Shown: positions 1 through 13,466, counted from the first letter of the stretch. The stretch: DNA of 64,000 bases from Octopus vulgaris (GCA_951406725.2 OX597827.1:63054001-63118000); one strand, 5' to 3'. The notes: generated by a model from the letters alone, not told the origin. A program made the numbers and translations.

Positions 1-213
1 TGTACGTACGTGTACATATATATATCTAAACAGAGAGAGAGAGAGAGAGAGTGAGTAATCGGGAGAGAGAGAGAGAGAGATTTGTAGATATTATACATGC
101 ATAATACATATATATTTTTATGTAGGTTTTTGCGCTTAAGCACATACATATATGTGTGCGTGGATATTTATGCGTGCATGTATAAATCCCTTTTTCTATT
201 AGAGTAAATACAA

Positions 214-1050
214 GGCGGCGAGCTGGCAGAAACGTTAGCACGCCGGGCGAAATGCTTATCGGTATTTCGTTTGCCGCTACGTTCTGAGTTCAAATTCCGC
301 CGAGGTCGACTTTGCCTTTCATCCTTTCGGGGTCGATTAAATAAGTACCAGTTGCGCACTGGGGTCGATATAATCGACTTAATCCGTTTGTCTGTCCTTG
401 TTTGTCCTCTCTGTGTGTAGCCCCTTGTGGGTAGTAAAGAAATAGGTATTTCATATCCCTTACGTTCTGAGTTCAAATTCCGCCAAGGTCGACTTTACCT
501 TTCATCCTTTCGGAGTCGATTAATTAAGTACCAGTGGAAAACTAAGATCGATCTAATCAACTGGCCACTTCGCCAAAATTGTAGGGCCTTGTGCGTAGTG
601 TAGAAATGAATATCTATAAGGCGTCGAGCTAGCAGAAACGTTAGCATACCAGGCGAAATACTTGGCGGTATTTCAAGTCTTTACCTTCTGAGTTCAAATT
701 CCGCCGAAGTTGGCTTTGCCTCTTATCCTTTCGGGGTCGATGAATTATGTACCAGTTACGCACTGGAGTCGATGCAATCGACTTAATCCCTTTGTTTGTC
801 CTTGTTTGTACCTTCTTTGTTTAACCCCTTGTGGGCAATAAAGAAATAAGAAACTTTAACATGCCAGGCGAAATACTTTGCGGTATTTCATCATCTTTAC
901 GTTCTGAATTCAAATTCCGCCGAGGTCGACTTTGCCTTTCATCCTTTCGGGGTCAATAAAGTAAGTACCAGTTGCATACTGGGGTCGATCATAATCGACT
1001 GGTCCCTTTCCCAAAATTTCGGGCCTTGTGCCTAGAGTAGGAAAGATTAT
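214..1050 (+). mobile_element. Array of SINE family A (tRNA-like head, conserved central domain), four head-to-tail units
   Basis: Repeated motif ggcggcgagctggcagaa...gttctgagttcaaattccgccgaggtcgactttgcctttcatcctttcggggtcgat...aagtaccag. The A-box-like TGGCAGAA and B-box-like GTTCAAA motifs are present. The same sequence recurs at more than 10 places in the window. Confidence 0.85.
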
Positions 1051-1814
1051 TATAGTGAGTCGAACAAATGTCAGTTTGTGTCATTCACTAATATTTTAGG
1101 GGCTTCTCACACTTATAACACGAATACTCTATTCTTCTCCAGACTTAATGCAATGCTTACCAAGACTTCTACATTTCATCTGTTATCCACTAAGTTCTAA
1201 GAAACTGGTCTATGTTACTAATTATTTCACTTTCAAGAGAAATATTTATATTTTATATTTTCTTGCACATTAACATCATAGTAACATATGAGCATAGGAT
1301 TATATCAGCGAATTCCCATCTCTCAAAAATAAAATAAAAAGCCAACTCTAAAAATACCTTGATCATGTATACAAATATGAAAATGGAATCATTAATAGAA
1401 ATATGAAGAGAAACATGAAATAAAATCGGACATTGACCTCTTCCCAAAGGGTATTGAAAATTCAAATTTACGAAGAAAAGTTCTACATGGGTATTATTTG
1501 AAATGAGAAACCCGGAACATAAAATAAATTACAATAAAAGCTTGTTGTGGAGGAGTAACAAATTCAAGTATAACCTTACGTTGAAGGTTATTTCGATGCC
1601 ATCGGAGATTAATTAGTTAACCCTTTACCAAGGAACTTTTGCGTACAGAAGTTATAAGCACCAGCTGACAATAAAATTACAGCTATGTAAAATGAATACT
1701 ATATACAGTATTCACATTGTTTTCAATAGTCAGAATATGGTCTGCTGATATTCCCAAGCCATAAACTATAACGACCAGTCACAACAAAGTGGAACCAAAT
1801 ATAAAATGATATTT

Positions 1815-2115
1815 TCAAATTTTGGTACGGAGCCAGGAATTGTTGAGAGGCGGGGGTAAGTCGATTTTATCGATCACAGTGCTTTATTGGTAATTGTATT
1901 TATGGACCCCAAAATAATGAAAGGCATAGTCTACCCCGAGGGAATTCGAACGACGATTACATCGGCATTAGCTTTCAACCGGTACTTCTTTTATCGCACC
2001 ACGAAAGGTAAAAGGCAAAGTCGAACTCGACGAAATCTGAACTCGGAATATAAAGACGGACGAAATATCGATAAGCATCTTGTCCGGTGTGCTAACAATT
2101 CTACCACTCCACCGG
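1815..2115 (-). mobile_element. Degenerate SINE family A copies
   Basis: Reverse complement of the family A core (tgaaaggca.agtc.ac...gaa.ctgaactc.gaa...gtgctaac). Confidence 0.65.
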
Positions 2116-2117
2116 AT

Positions 2118-2172
2118 TAATAATAATAACAATAATGATAATGATGATGATGATGACGACGACGACTATGAA

Positions 2173-2255
<83 letters not shown>

Positions 2256-2271
2256 TGATGATGATGATGAT

Positions 2272-2316
<45 letters not shown>
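2118..2316. repeat. (AAT)n/(GAT)n microsatellite
   Basis: Seen directly in the sequence. Confidence 0.95.
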
Positions 2317-2318
<2 letters not shown>

Positions 2319-2870
2319 CAGGCAGTAGCTATACCCTGTTGCAGTACCAGGCAGTAGCTCCCGTGGCTCCTGATCTTAACTGATTGGAAGTGTTATCATG
2401 TACATTGTTTTGTCTTGGTTTAAAATGATGGGCTAACAGCAAATATTCTGCTCAATACCACAGATTTGCTTGTCAGTTGTTTGACCTTAACCAGTTGAGC
2501 ATGTCCCTTAGTGGCTGACGATATGTGCATCTCTGATCACGAGCATAAGTAGTGGGGGGGCATCATAGCCATGTGTTGAGAGGGATTCTTTGGGGTTAGA
2601 ATAATTCACCTTTGGAAACAGGGGTGTTTCGTTCAACATCCTTAAACAACCCTTATTCATTGACCTTTTAAGCGGGATGGGCTACTCGACCAGAACAAAA
2701 TTCTAATTGGGCCCCACCTGCAAGGTCATGTGCTGTTTATCTTGATATGAGATCACCATGTCGTGCACATATAGTTGTGATGCATGTGCCTAGTGTATTC
2801 TTATCAGACGGGTAGTCATGATGGGTATACTGGGCTTCGTATATTTTACCCCAGTGTCACTTTGATGGCA
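2317..2870 (+). mobile_element. Interspersed repeat family D (~550 bp, non-coding, next to (AAT)n)
   Basis: Similar copies at 35208-35548 (-), 58505-58663 (+) and 59017-59555 (-). Confidence 0.8.
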
Positions 2871-2909
2871 TTATTATTATTATCCTCCTCATCATCGTTA
2901 TTATTTGAT

Positions 2910-3120
2910 GGCGGTGAGTTGGCAGAGTCGTTAGCACGCCGGGCAAAATACTTAGCTACATTTTGTCCGTCTTGAAGTTCTGAGTTCAAATTCCACCGAG
3001 GCTCACTTTACCTTTTATCCCTTCGGGGTCTGTAAAATAAGTGCCAGTTGAGCGCTGGGATCGATATAACGGACACTTCCTTTCAACATTTCAGGCCTTG
3101 TGCCTATAGAAGAAATGATA
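2910..3120 (+). mobile_element. SINE family A copy
   Basis: ggcggtgagttggcagag...gttctgagttcaaattcc...ggccttgtgcct. Confidence 0.8.
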
Positions 3121-3486
3121 TTTACTGATGCCCATTACATTTACAAATAGCTGAATGTTAGCACATTGGATAAGAAAAAAGAGCAAGACACCATTTTAGA
3201 ATTTTTATTTGCAACGGAATAAGTAGATGTTCAAAATAATCAATAGATTTTCAAGCAATTAGTCACGCCCGACCGTTGTGATATGATTAAAAGAGGGGAA
3301 TGAAAGTCATAGTAAGCTCCATTATATAATTTAATAAGTATTTTTTTGTTTATCAAGCTGCTTGAGCATTCGTTTATTCAAAGCGATTGCAAAATCATTC
3401 ATACGAGAGAGGCGATATGTATATTTGTACTTTTATGTGCTCAACGTTCACATTTACAGAACTCTGGTATATACATGCATACATTG

Positions 3487-4248
<762 letters not shown>

Positions 4249-4259
4249 ATTTTTCTCTC

Positions 4260-4346
<87 letters not shown>

Positions 4347-4439
4347 ATTTGAGGGAATAAAATCCAAGTTTACAAGGAAAAAAAAATTAAATTTAGAAAT
4401 ACTAAATCAAATTTCACACAATATAATATAAATATATAT

Positions 4440-4489
<50 letters not shown>

Positions 4490-4670
4490 GAAAAAAACCC
4501 ACCTTTTATCAATTCAAAATGAACAATTAAATTACACCATCTAGAAAATTACATATAATAGAAATATCAAAATTAAAATATCAATAAAATGTCAATGATT
4601 AAGTAAATTGCAAAAAAATAATAATAAAAAAAATAATAATAAATAATAAAAACGTATATAATTTGTAGAA

Positions 4671-4759
4671 TAACGACACGTGTTTCGTGGCTGTATTTAA
4701 GAAATGATTATAGTAGTAGAGAAATCACTTCGATATAAATATAGTCATTTATCAGGTTA
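4671..4759 (-). ncRNA. Type I hammerhead ribozyme motif with extended stem II (G8A variant)
   Basis: Minus strand reads taac-CTGATAA-a-tgactatattta...taaatacagcca-c-GAAAC-ACGT-GTC-gtta. Stem I is taac/gtta, stem III is the palindrome ACACGTGT, and the cleavage triplet is GUC. Confidence 0.6.
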
Positions 4760-4805
4760 AAAATAAACTAGAACAGTAAAATAATTAATTAATAAATATA
4801 CTTTA

Positions 4806-4854
<49 letters not shown>

Positions 4855-4875
4855 TGTGTGTGTGTACGTGAGTGA

Positions 4876-4912
<37 letters not shown>

Positions 4913-5299
4913 TATGAAAATACTAAATATACATAAGTGAAAACTAAAACAATACTTAAATTTTTAAATACTTTAAAATTAAATAAAATACACAAAGCTA
5001 GTTCAAGTCATTAAATTGTAACCAAAATGAGAAATGGTTCAAATATAGACAAACTCCTTAAATACGCTAACCATATAAAAAAATATACATGTGTAGTATC
5101 TATAGATTTAATATAACAATCTATAATAAATTTGACTAAATATCAAATAATATAATACCTAATTAACTTAAAATTTCATATTACAAATAAATAAGCCACC
5201 TAATAATTAAATAATATATTGTCTGACGAAATTAATTCTTAAATTAAATTAAATGTAATTCGTTAGATCCCTTTATATATAAAAATATATATATATATA

Positions 5300-5405
5300 T
5301 AACCTTGGGAGTTCTTAAAGGAGAGTATATTGAATAAAATCATAATTAACTGATCATCCGTATTTTCTTTTACCCAACTGAAGGAACTTTTCAGCACCCC
5401 CTCGT
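5300..5405 (+). mobile_element. Mariner 3' terminal fragment (end of ORF plus TIR)
   Basis: aaaggagagtatattgaataa translates to KGEYIE*, followed by ggaacttttcagcaccccctcg. It matches 20665-20748 and the TIR at 14871. Confidence 0.6.
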
Positions 5406-5450
5406 GTGTATGTATGTGTATGTCTGTGTGTATGTATGCCTGCATGTATG

Positions 5451-5544
<94 letters not shown>

Positions 5545-5755
5545 GTTAATCCAAACATGTAAACACAAAGAGAAAACACAACAACGCGAGGACGTGGAAC
5601 AAGTATAGTATTATTGGACGCTCATGAAAGAAGGAAAGAAGGAGGGTTTAACGTTTCGAGCGGAGCTCTTCGTCAGAAACATAGGAAAGGAAAGATCCAA
5701 GGAAGGTAAGACGGAGGAAAAAAATCGCCAACGGTACACATGCGGTCACATTTTG
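5545..5755 (-). mobile_element. (TA)n-tailed ~210-bp repeat family H carrying a hammerhead motif
   Basis: Copies at 21465-21682 (+), 24590-24790 (-), 46614-46895 (-) and 47710-47992 (-). Confidence 0.8.
5646..5680 (-). ncRNA. Minimal type I hammerhead ribozyme
   Basis: gttt-CTGACGA-a-GAGC-tcc-GCTC-GAAAC-GTT-aaac. The core is intact, stem I is gttt/aaac, and stem III is the loopless palindrome ACGT. Confidence 0.7.
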
Positions 5756-5845
5756 AATATATATGTATATGTGTGTGTGTGTATGTATATATACATATAT
5801 ATATGTATATGTATATATACATATATATATATGTATGTATGTATG

Positions 5846-5895
<50 letters not shown>

Positions 5896-6147
5896 GAGAG
5901 AGAGAGATATGTGTGTGTTTATATCTATATATACATATAATTGTATGTGAGTGTTTGTATATGTATGTGTATATATGTGTGTATTTATACGGTCGTTATC
6001 TTCTATCTCTTACTTGTTCTAGAAAAATGTTTATATAGGTTTTTTTTATTTTATTGATATTTTAATTCTAATATTTCTATTATATGTAATTTTCTAGATG
6101 GTGTAATTTAATTGTTCATTTTGAATTGATAAAAGGTGTTTTTTCTC

Positions 6148-6185
<38 letters not shown>

Positions 6186-6444
6186 CAATTTAATACGCTG
6201 CAAATAATTCAGGAAAAAGTATTTGTTATGATATCATTGATTCTATTATTATTTCTTTTTATTTGGCGCAAAGCGTATCATTTGCAGTTCAAACTTCAAC
6301 GTGATGGGTTGGAGCTCTCTATCATGTTGGGTAAGCGTGTTGGGTAAGGTGATGCTTTAATGCCAGTTCAGAAACCAGTCCACGTCGGCCCAAATACTTG
6401 AATGTATGCTGAGAGATTGTCTTAGCTTGATTGCGTTTAGATGC

Positions 6445-6950
6445 ATAGTTAGCAGTGGCTAAATCATCAGGCACACAATCTTGAGATAGTGAGTTCAATT
6501 CTCGGAACGAGCTGTGTGGTGTGTTCTTGAGCAAGACACTTTTTTTCACGTTGCTCCAGTTCACTCAGCTGTAGAAATAAGTTGCGACGTCACTGATGCC
6601 AAGCTGTATCGTTCTTTGCCTTTCCCTTGGATAACATCAGTGACAAGGAGAGAGGAGCTGCTTGTATCTATGGGCGACTGCTGGTCTTCTATAAACTACG
6701 TTGTCCGGACTTGTACTTTGGAAGGGAAGTTTCTAGCTTCAATCCTATGATCTTTCATGACCAAAGAGGGTCTTTACCTTTGCTCATATATATATATAGT
6801 GCGTTCAATTCCCGGGCCGGACTGTGTGCTGTGTTCTTGAGTAAGACACTTTATCTCACGTTGCGCCAGTTCATTCCGCTGTAGAATGGGTTGCGACGTC
6901 ACTGGTGCCAAGCTGTATCGGCCTCTGCCTTGGATAACATCAGTGACAAG
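6445..6950 (+). mobile_element. tRNA-derived SINE related to family C, one full copy plus one partial copy
   Basis: gagttcaattc...gtgttcttgagcaagacact...gttgcgacgtcactg.tgccaagctgtatcg occurs twice. Confidence 0.65.
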
Positions 6951-6954
6951 AATG

Positions 6955-7178
6955 TGTTGCAAACTTTTGAATAGTTTTGAGTTAAAACTATTGGAAAGGC
7001 TGCAAGACGCAACGAAAATTTTAGAAAAATAAAAAAGAAATTAGCGGAAATTTTACCAGTGAGAATGTTAAATCTATAAGGCACCAAAAGAGAATGACTC
7101 ACCCCAGACACAACAGAATATGTTTCATAACACGAACTCACATAAGGAATCTTGCAACCCAAATCCCAAAATAGAAAC

Positions 7179-7180
<2 letters not shown>
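6955..7180 (-). mobile_element. (TA)n-associated repeat family P with a terminal hairpin
   Basis: Copies at 9735-9885, 35045-35190 and 53295-53497. Hairpin aatagttttgagttaaaactatt. Confidence 0.7.
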
Positions 7181-7230
<50 letters not shown>

Positions 7231-7334
7231 ATATACCTGTATGTATATATATAATTATATATATATATATATATATAATTATATATAATTATATATATAT
7301 ATATATGTGTGTATGTGCGTATGTGTGTGTATAC

Positions 7335-7730
7335 TTTTCTTCTTTTATTTGTTTCTGTCATTTGATTGTGGCCATGCTGGAGCACCGCCTTAAGGGATTT
7401 TTTAGTCGAAGAAATCGACCCCTGGACTTAATCTTTGTAAGGCTAATACTTATTTGATCGGTTTCGTTTGCCCAAACGCTATATTTCGGGTAAGTAAACA
7501 CACCAACACGGTTGTCAAACAATGGTGAAAGAACAAACACAGACACAAAGACACACACACACATAAAAGCGTTTATATATTTATATATGCGATGGGCTTC
7601 TTTCAAAATCCATTCACAAGGCTTTGGTTGGCCTGAGACTATAGTAGAAGACACATACCCGTGGTGAAATATAATACGATTAAACCTGGAACCATGTGGT
7701 TGGTAAGCAAATTTCTTATCACACAGTCAC
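7335..7730 (-). mobile_element. SINE family B copy
   Basis: ggccatgctggagcaccgcc...gaaccatgtggttggtaagcaa. Confidence 0.8.
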
Positions 7731-7936
7731 AACGTCAGATGGTTTGTGGTTCACTACAGCTGTTTCAAACGTGTTTTTTTTATTAATGAACACAAGCGTT
7801 ACATCATGCAAAAAAAAACGCTTTTTAGCCGAGGAATACAGCAAAGAATTAACAATTAGAAATTCTCAATAAATGTACAAGATAGATAGATAGACACAGA
7901 CATGCTTACATATGTGCGTTTATAGTCGTCGCCGAA

Positions 7937-7968
<32 letters not shown>

Positions 7969-8572
7969 AGTAGTAGTAGTAGTAGTAGTTGCAGGATAGC
8001 CCTATGATCCGATGACGGTTCTTTTTCATTTCATGTTACAATATTTACGTAATTCGCTCTTCAGAAGTACGAATTCAGTCAATAAGCATCTTGGGTATAG
8101 CTGAAGCGAAAGGCAAGAGTTCCCATGCTGCTTTTCTACTGAAGAAAGATGTAGAATGAGCCAATACCTTCTAGTGGATTACATAATTATGACTTCACAT
8201 CAGGAAATTATTCATTAAGTACCCTGAAGATTGTATCACTTAATTCTATCATACAAGCAATGAGTACACACGTCTCATATATTCCAGACCAAATATATCT
8301 AATTTGCTGTTCTTTGCAAGAGTGAAATAAATATTTTAAATCGAATTTAAAATTACCGAAACGAAAAATTAACTGTAGTAGTAATTAGACGAATAAATAC
8401 TTCATAATTATAATGAAAATATTTTTGTTGTGCAAAGTGATTACGAAAGTGCTGAACTTACGAGAAAAGAACTTTAGAGATTAGAGCTATAACTTAATGA
8501 CAATATAATGTAGCGCCACTTGAAAATAAAAAAAAATTGTTTTAAGTGCGAAGTGGTTTTTTTATAAGAATT

Positions 8573-8603
<31 letters not shown>

Positions 8604-8614
8604 CACGTACACAT

Positions 8615-8975
8615 GGAAGCACTCCGTCGGTTACGACGACGAGGGTTCCGGTTGATCCGAATCAACGGAACAGCCTGCTCGTGAAATTAACGTGTAAGTG
8701 GCTGAGCACTCCACAGACACGTGTACCCTTAACGTAGTTCTCGGGGATGTTCAGCGTGACACAGAGAGTGTCAGGTACAATACAGGTACAACAGAAACAG
8801 GAAGTAAGAGTGAGAGAAAGTTGTGGTGAAAGAGTACAGCAGGGATCACCACCATCCCCTGCCGGGGCTGCGTGGAGCTTTAGGTGCTTTCGCTCAATAA
8901 ACACTCACAACGCCCGGTCTGGGAATCGAAACCGCGAGTCCGCTGCCCTAACCACTGGGCCATTGCACCTCCACA
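8615..8975 (-). mobile_element. SINE family C copy
   Basis: gcactccgtcggttacgacgacgag...gtggctgagcactccacagacacgtg...gggaatcgaaacc...taaccact (reverse-complemented tRNA-like head). Confidence 0.75.
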
Positions 8976-9588
8976 CACGTACACATACATGCATATACAC
9001 ATACATATTTAATTATATCCCCCCACCCATTCCTTCTATCTTCTTACTCTCTAATACTTTTCTCTCTCTATCACCCTTTATCTCCCCACTCCTACTTTCA
9101 AATTATCCCCACTGACCACTAGCTGGTACATTTTTCCTTATCTATACCTTTGTTTTTCTTTTTTTCTATTTTCTTTCTTTCCTTTATTCCTCTCTTCCTG
9201 TTTTTTATTTTCTTATATCATTTTGGTATATCATTATTTTATTATTTTTCTTCTTACTTTCTTCTTATTCTCTTTTTTCTCTCCTTTATCCCTTTCTTTA
9301 TTCCTCTCTTCCTGTTTTCGCTTTGACCCTACTAATACACTCCTATTTTTAGGTCACTTTAAATAAAACCCCTGATTCAATAACACTGTATATAAGCTAT
9401 ATACCTGGAATGACCTATTTTAAATACTATTAGATTTTACTCATAAGGTATTGCAATCTTACATACATACCATTCTACAAATGTAATATCCCTACATATC
9501 TCACATCTATTTTCTTTCATTACCTCCACCTCACTCTCTATTTTATATCTCATCTGAATTAACTATTTCTCAACCATCCTCTCTCATC

Positions 9589-9636
9589 GTCTCTGATGAA
9601 GGGATGTAATAAGTAACCAGGAAACAGCTGTAAGAC
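9589..9636 (+). ncRNA. Type I hammerhead ribozyme motif at the end of a pyrimidine-rich, possibly Penelope-like relic (~9010-9710)
   Basis: gtct-CTGATGA-agggatg...ccag-GAAAC-AGCT-GTA-agac. Stem I is gtct/agac, stem III is the palindrome ACAGCTGT, the triplet is GUA, and stem II is eroded. Confidence 0.65.
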
Positions 9637-9977
9637 CTTCTATCTATAAATGTTCTAAAATCTACACAGCCTTGGGTTTTTTTTTTATCTCATTACGAAA
9701 ATTGTTTTATATATATTTATATATACAGTATATTGCATTTTGGATTGGGTATGCAAGATTCTTTATGTGGGTTCGGGTGTTGAAGTAAATTTTGCTGTGT
9801 CAGGGGAGGATAATTCTCTTTTTGTGCCTTATTATATAACACACTCACTGGTTCAGTTTCCACACTTTTACTTCTTTATTTTCTCCATACACACAAACAC
9901 TCGCACACACATACCAGATGCACATACATACATGTTTCCAAGTAGGTTTATATACATATGTATATATGTATATGTGT

Positions 9978-10070
9978 ATAGATAGATAGATAGATAAATG
10001 GATAGATAGATAGGTAGATAGATAGATATAGATAGATAAATAGATAGATAAATAGATAGATAGATAGATG

Positions 10071-10145
<75 letters not shown>
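9978..10145. repeat. (GATA)n microsatellite
   Basis: Seen directly in the sequence. Confidence 0.95.
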
Positions 10146-10146
<1 letters not shown>

Positions 10147-10246
10147 TGTTAAGGATCGGGAACGATTGAAAATTCTATGTATGTTTGTATGTATATATGT
10201 ATGTCTGCTGTCTGTCTATCTGTCTGTCTGTCTGTCTGTCTGTATG

Positions 10247-10279
<33 letters not shown>

Positions 10280-10581
10280 GTGTGTATTCTTTGATTATAT
10301 GTGTGTATGCTTTGATGTATGTGTGTGTATGTATGTATGTGGGATGGAATGTAGGAAAGACGGAGTGAGATGTTGAAGAAAAACAGGAACAGGAAATGAA
10401 AGTCAGAGGGAAAGAAGACACCAAACGTGATATATTTTCATGCTGGCATATATGGATTTGTATACGTATGGGTGCATGTATGTGTGTGTTGCGTGAGCAT
10501 GTGCAGGCGTGGGCGTGTGGATCAACTTTTTATGTGAATACGTGCATGTATATATATATAAATGCATGCGTGCATATGTTT

Positions 10582-10642
<61 letters not shown>

Positions 10643-10868
10643 TATTATATATATATATATATACAATATTATGTATATATATATATACATATATATACAT
10701 ATACTTCCATCTATCTATACACACACACACGCGCGCACACACACATATATACATATATATATAAACTAACTGATGCATGTATACGTGTGTAAATGTGTAT
10801 GCGTATATCTTTTGCATATATGTGTGCGTGTGTATCACCGTATACATATTCATGTGTTTGTGTATATG

Positions 10869-10947
<79 letters not shown>

Positions 10948-11041
10948 GAACTGATGCATCTATACGTGTGTAAATGTGTATGCGTATATCTTTTGCATAC
11001 ATGTGTTCGTGTGTATCAACGTATACATATTCGTGTGTTTG

Positions 11042-11080
<39 letters not shown>

Positions 11081-11383
11081 TTGTGTGTGTGTGTGAGTGT
11101 GTGTGTGTGCATGTTTGTACGGATTTGTGTGTATGTGTATATACATATGTACATAGATATATATGACTATATACACGCACACGCACACACATATGCTTGC
11201 TTAATGGCGGGTATATTTGTGCGCGTGTATACAGACATACAGGTGTAAACATACACGGTTCTATGAAGGTACACATTCGTGTTTTAACGATTTTTTACAT
11301 GTGCACGATTGCACTTGCTCGCCAATAAGCAAGATCATATGTATGTGTGTGTGTGTGTGTGTGTATGTTTGTGTGTGTGTGTA

Positions 11384-11430
<47 letters not shown>

Positions 11431-13422
11431 GTGTGCGTGTATGAAGGCGTATGGGCGCGCGCACACTTTTGTGTATGTATGCATCTATGTGTGTGTGTGC
11501 ACGTATGAATGCACATGGCGCGCACACGTAAGAGTATGTATGTGTGTGTGTTTGTGTATGTGTGAGTGTGTGTGTGTGTGTATCTACGTGTGTGCATGTA
11601 TGAAAGTGGATCGGCGCGCGTGCAGGCGTGTGTATGTGTGTGCATGTATGTGCGTGTGTGTATCTACGTGGGTGTGCATGTATGAACGCGTATGGACGCG
11701 CGGGCACTTGTGTGTGTGTGCGCGCATATGTGTGTGTGCGTATGTGTGTGTGCGCCTATGTGTGTGTGTGCGCCTATGTGTGTGTGTGTTCGTATGTGTG
11801 TGTGCGTGTGTGTGTGTGTGTGTAAGAGCGAGAACGTAGAGAAGAAATCAAGGGAAATGACTGGGAAAAAAAAGAATAAAAACAATACCAAACAAAAAAT
11901 ATAAATAACAACAAACAAATATACACAAAAACAAAAGAAAAGAAGAAAAAGTGGAAGAAAGGAAGGAAGAAATAACATTGATTATGCACCGAAATCCAGT
12001 TAAGCACGTGCTGTAAGTATTTATCAGATTTGCTTTTTTTTTTAATATTTGTTTTCTTTTTTTGTATGCTTTTTTTGTTACTTCATTTATTTTTTTTTGT
12101 TTTTTGCGCGTTTTGTTTTTCTATATTTCTCTTTGTTTTTGCCGTGTTGTTTATGTATTTATTTATTTATTTATTCTTCAAGTTCTATTCCACATGGACA
12201 GAATGGAAATTTTTTTCCATGCACCTATCGCTTCTCAGGATCTTTAGACTCGTTGAGATTTCCTGGAGAGATAATTGCTAGATTTACCAATGTATAAAAC
12301 TACCAAAATATTGCGCCGACCAATGTTGAAACCTCGACCAGCTAGAAATAGAAACTGAATCCTTCTCATGTCACATCCTATCATCTTAAACCTTTCCTCG
12401 TCCAAAGAATTTTTCGAAGTTTTTCTTGAGCGCCAGTGCCTGTTTCCGGAGTTTTAGTTTATCCCTTGTTCCATACGCTCTGAGTAATATCAAGCTTTCT
12501 TTTCATAAGACCCAATGCACCCCGGTAGTTGGAAAAAATTTTAAGCTAGGAATGTTACCCATATTTAATACATAGGGCCAGGGATATATGTCCTGAGCCA
12601 CACAGGACACAGAAACACAAGCCGAATCTTACTCATATCACATCATCTAAAATATGGAAACATGTCAATGAGGGAACCCTCTATGTGGCTGGTCAATCAG
12701 CTAGAAATAGAAGCTGAATTTTTCTCATATCACATCTTATCATAACCTTTACCTTGTCCAAAGCATTTTCATTATTTTGTCCTAAATGTTTACGCTTGCT
12801 CTCAGACTTTTGCTTAGCCCTTTTTCCTATGTTCTCAGTAATAAATATAAAGCTTTCCTTTCATAAGTCCCAATATACCCTGATAGTTGAGAAAAAGAAA
12901 TTAGGGAATGTTACCCATATATAATGCATGAGGCCCAGGGATGTCCCGTGCATCACATATCATACATCGGACATAAAAACAAAAGCCGAGTTGTCCTCAC
13001 ATCACATCTTATCGTTTAAAATATAGAAACGTATCGACGAGGGAACTCGCCATTTGGTCGGTCAGCTAGAAATAGAAGCCGAAACTTCCTCATATCACAT
13101 CGTATCAGCTGAACCGTTTGTCTGTCCAAAGCATTTTCCTAAGTTTGTCCTACAAGTCTAGGCTTCCAGGGAAATGCATCCTGTGTATCACATATGACAC
13201 ACAACGGAAACCGAATCTTTCTGATATCACGTCTTACCGTCTAAAACAGTGGTTCTCAATCATTTGTTTTGTGTTTTTTTTTACCTATGAAAACCCCTTT
13301 TCATTGCTATTCTTCTCTGCTGGAACCCCATAGCGCATTTGCTGTATATAAAACAAGTCTTACTGTACATGTTTTACATTCGACAGTTCGACAGATATTT
13401 GTCCTCATCTTGTTTGTTGTTA

Positions 13423-13466
13423 ATACAACGTTTCGGCTGATATAACCTCCAACCTTCTTCAGGGGT
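13423..13466 (-). ncRNA. Hammerhead motif with damaged stem I, in a Penelope-like end fragment
   Basis: CTGAAGA-aGGtTG-gaggttatat-CAGCC-GAAAC-GTT-gt. Confidence 0.5.

Noticed and set aside
5221-5268. CTGACGA motif
   Set aside because: It is part of a simple hairpin (tctgacgaa/ttcgttaga) with no GAAAC arm.
10765-11050. ~180-bp local tandem duplication
   Set aside because: It is ordinary slippage within TA/TG low-complexity DNA.
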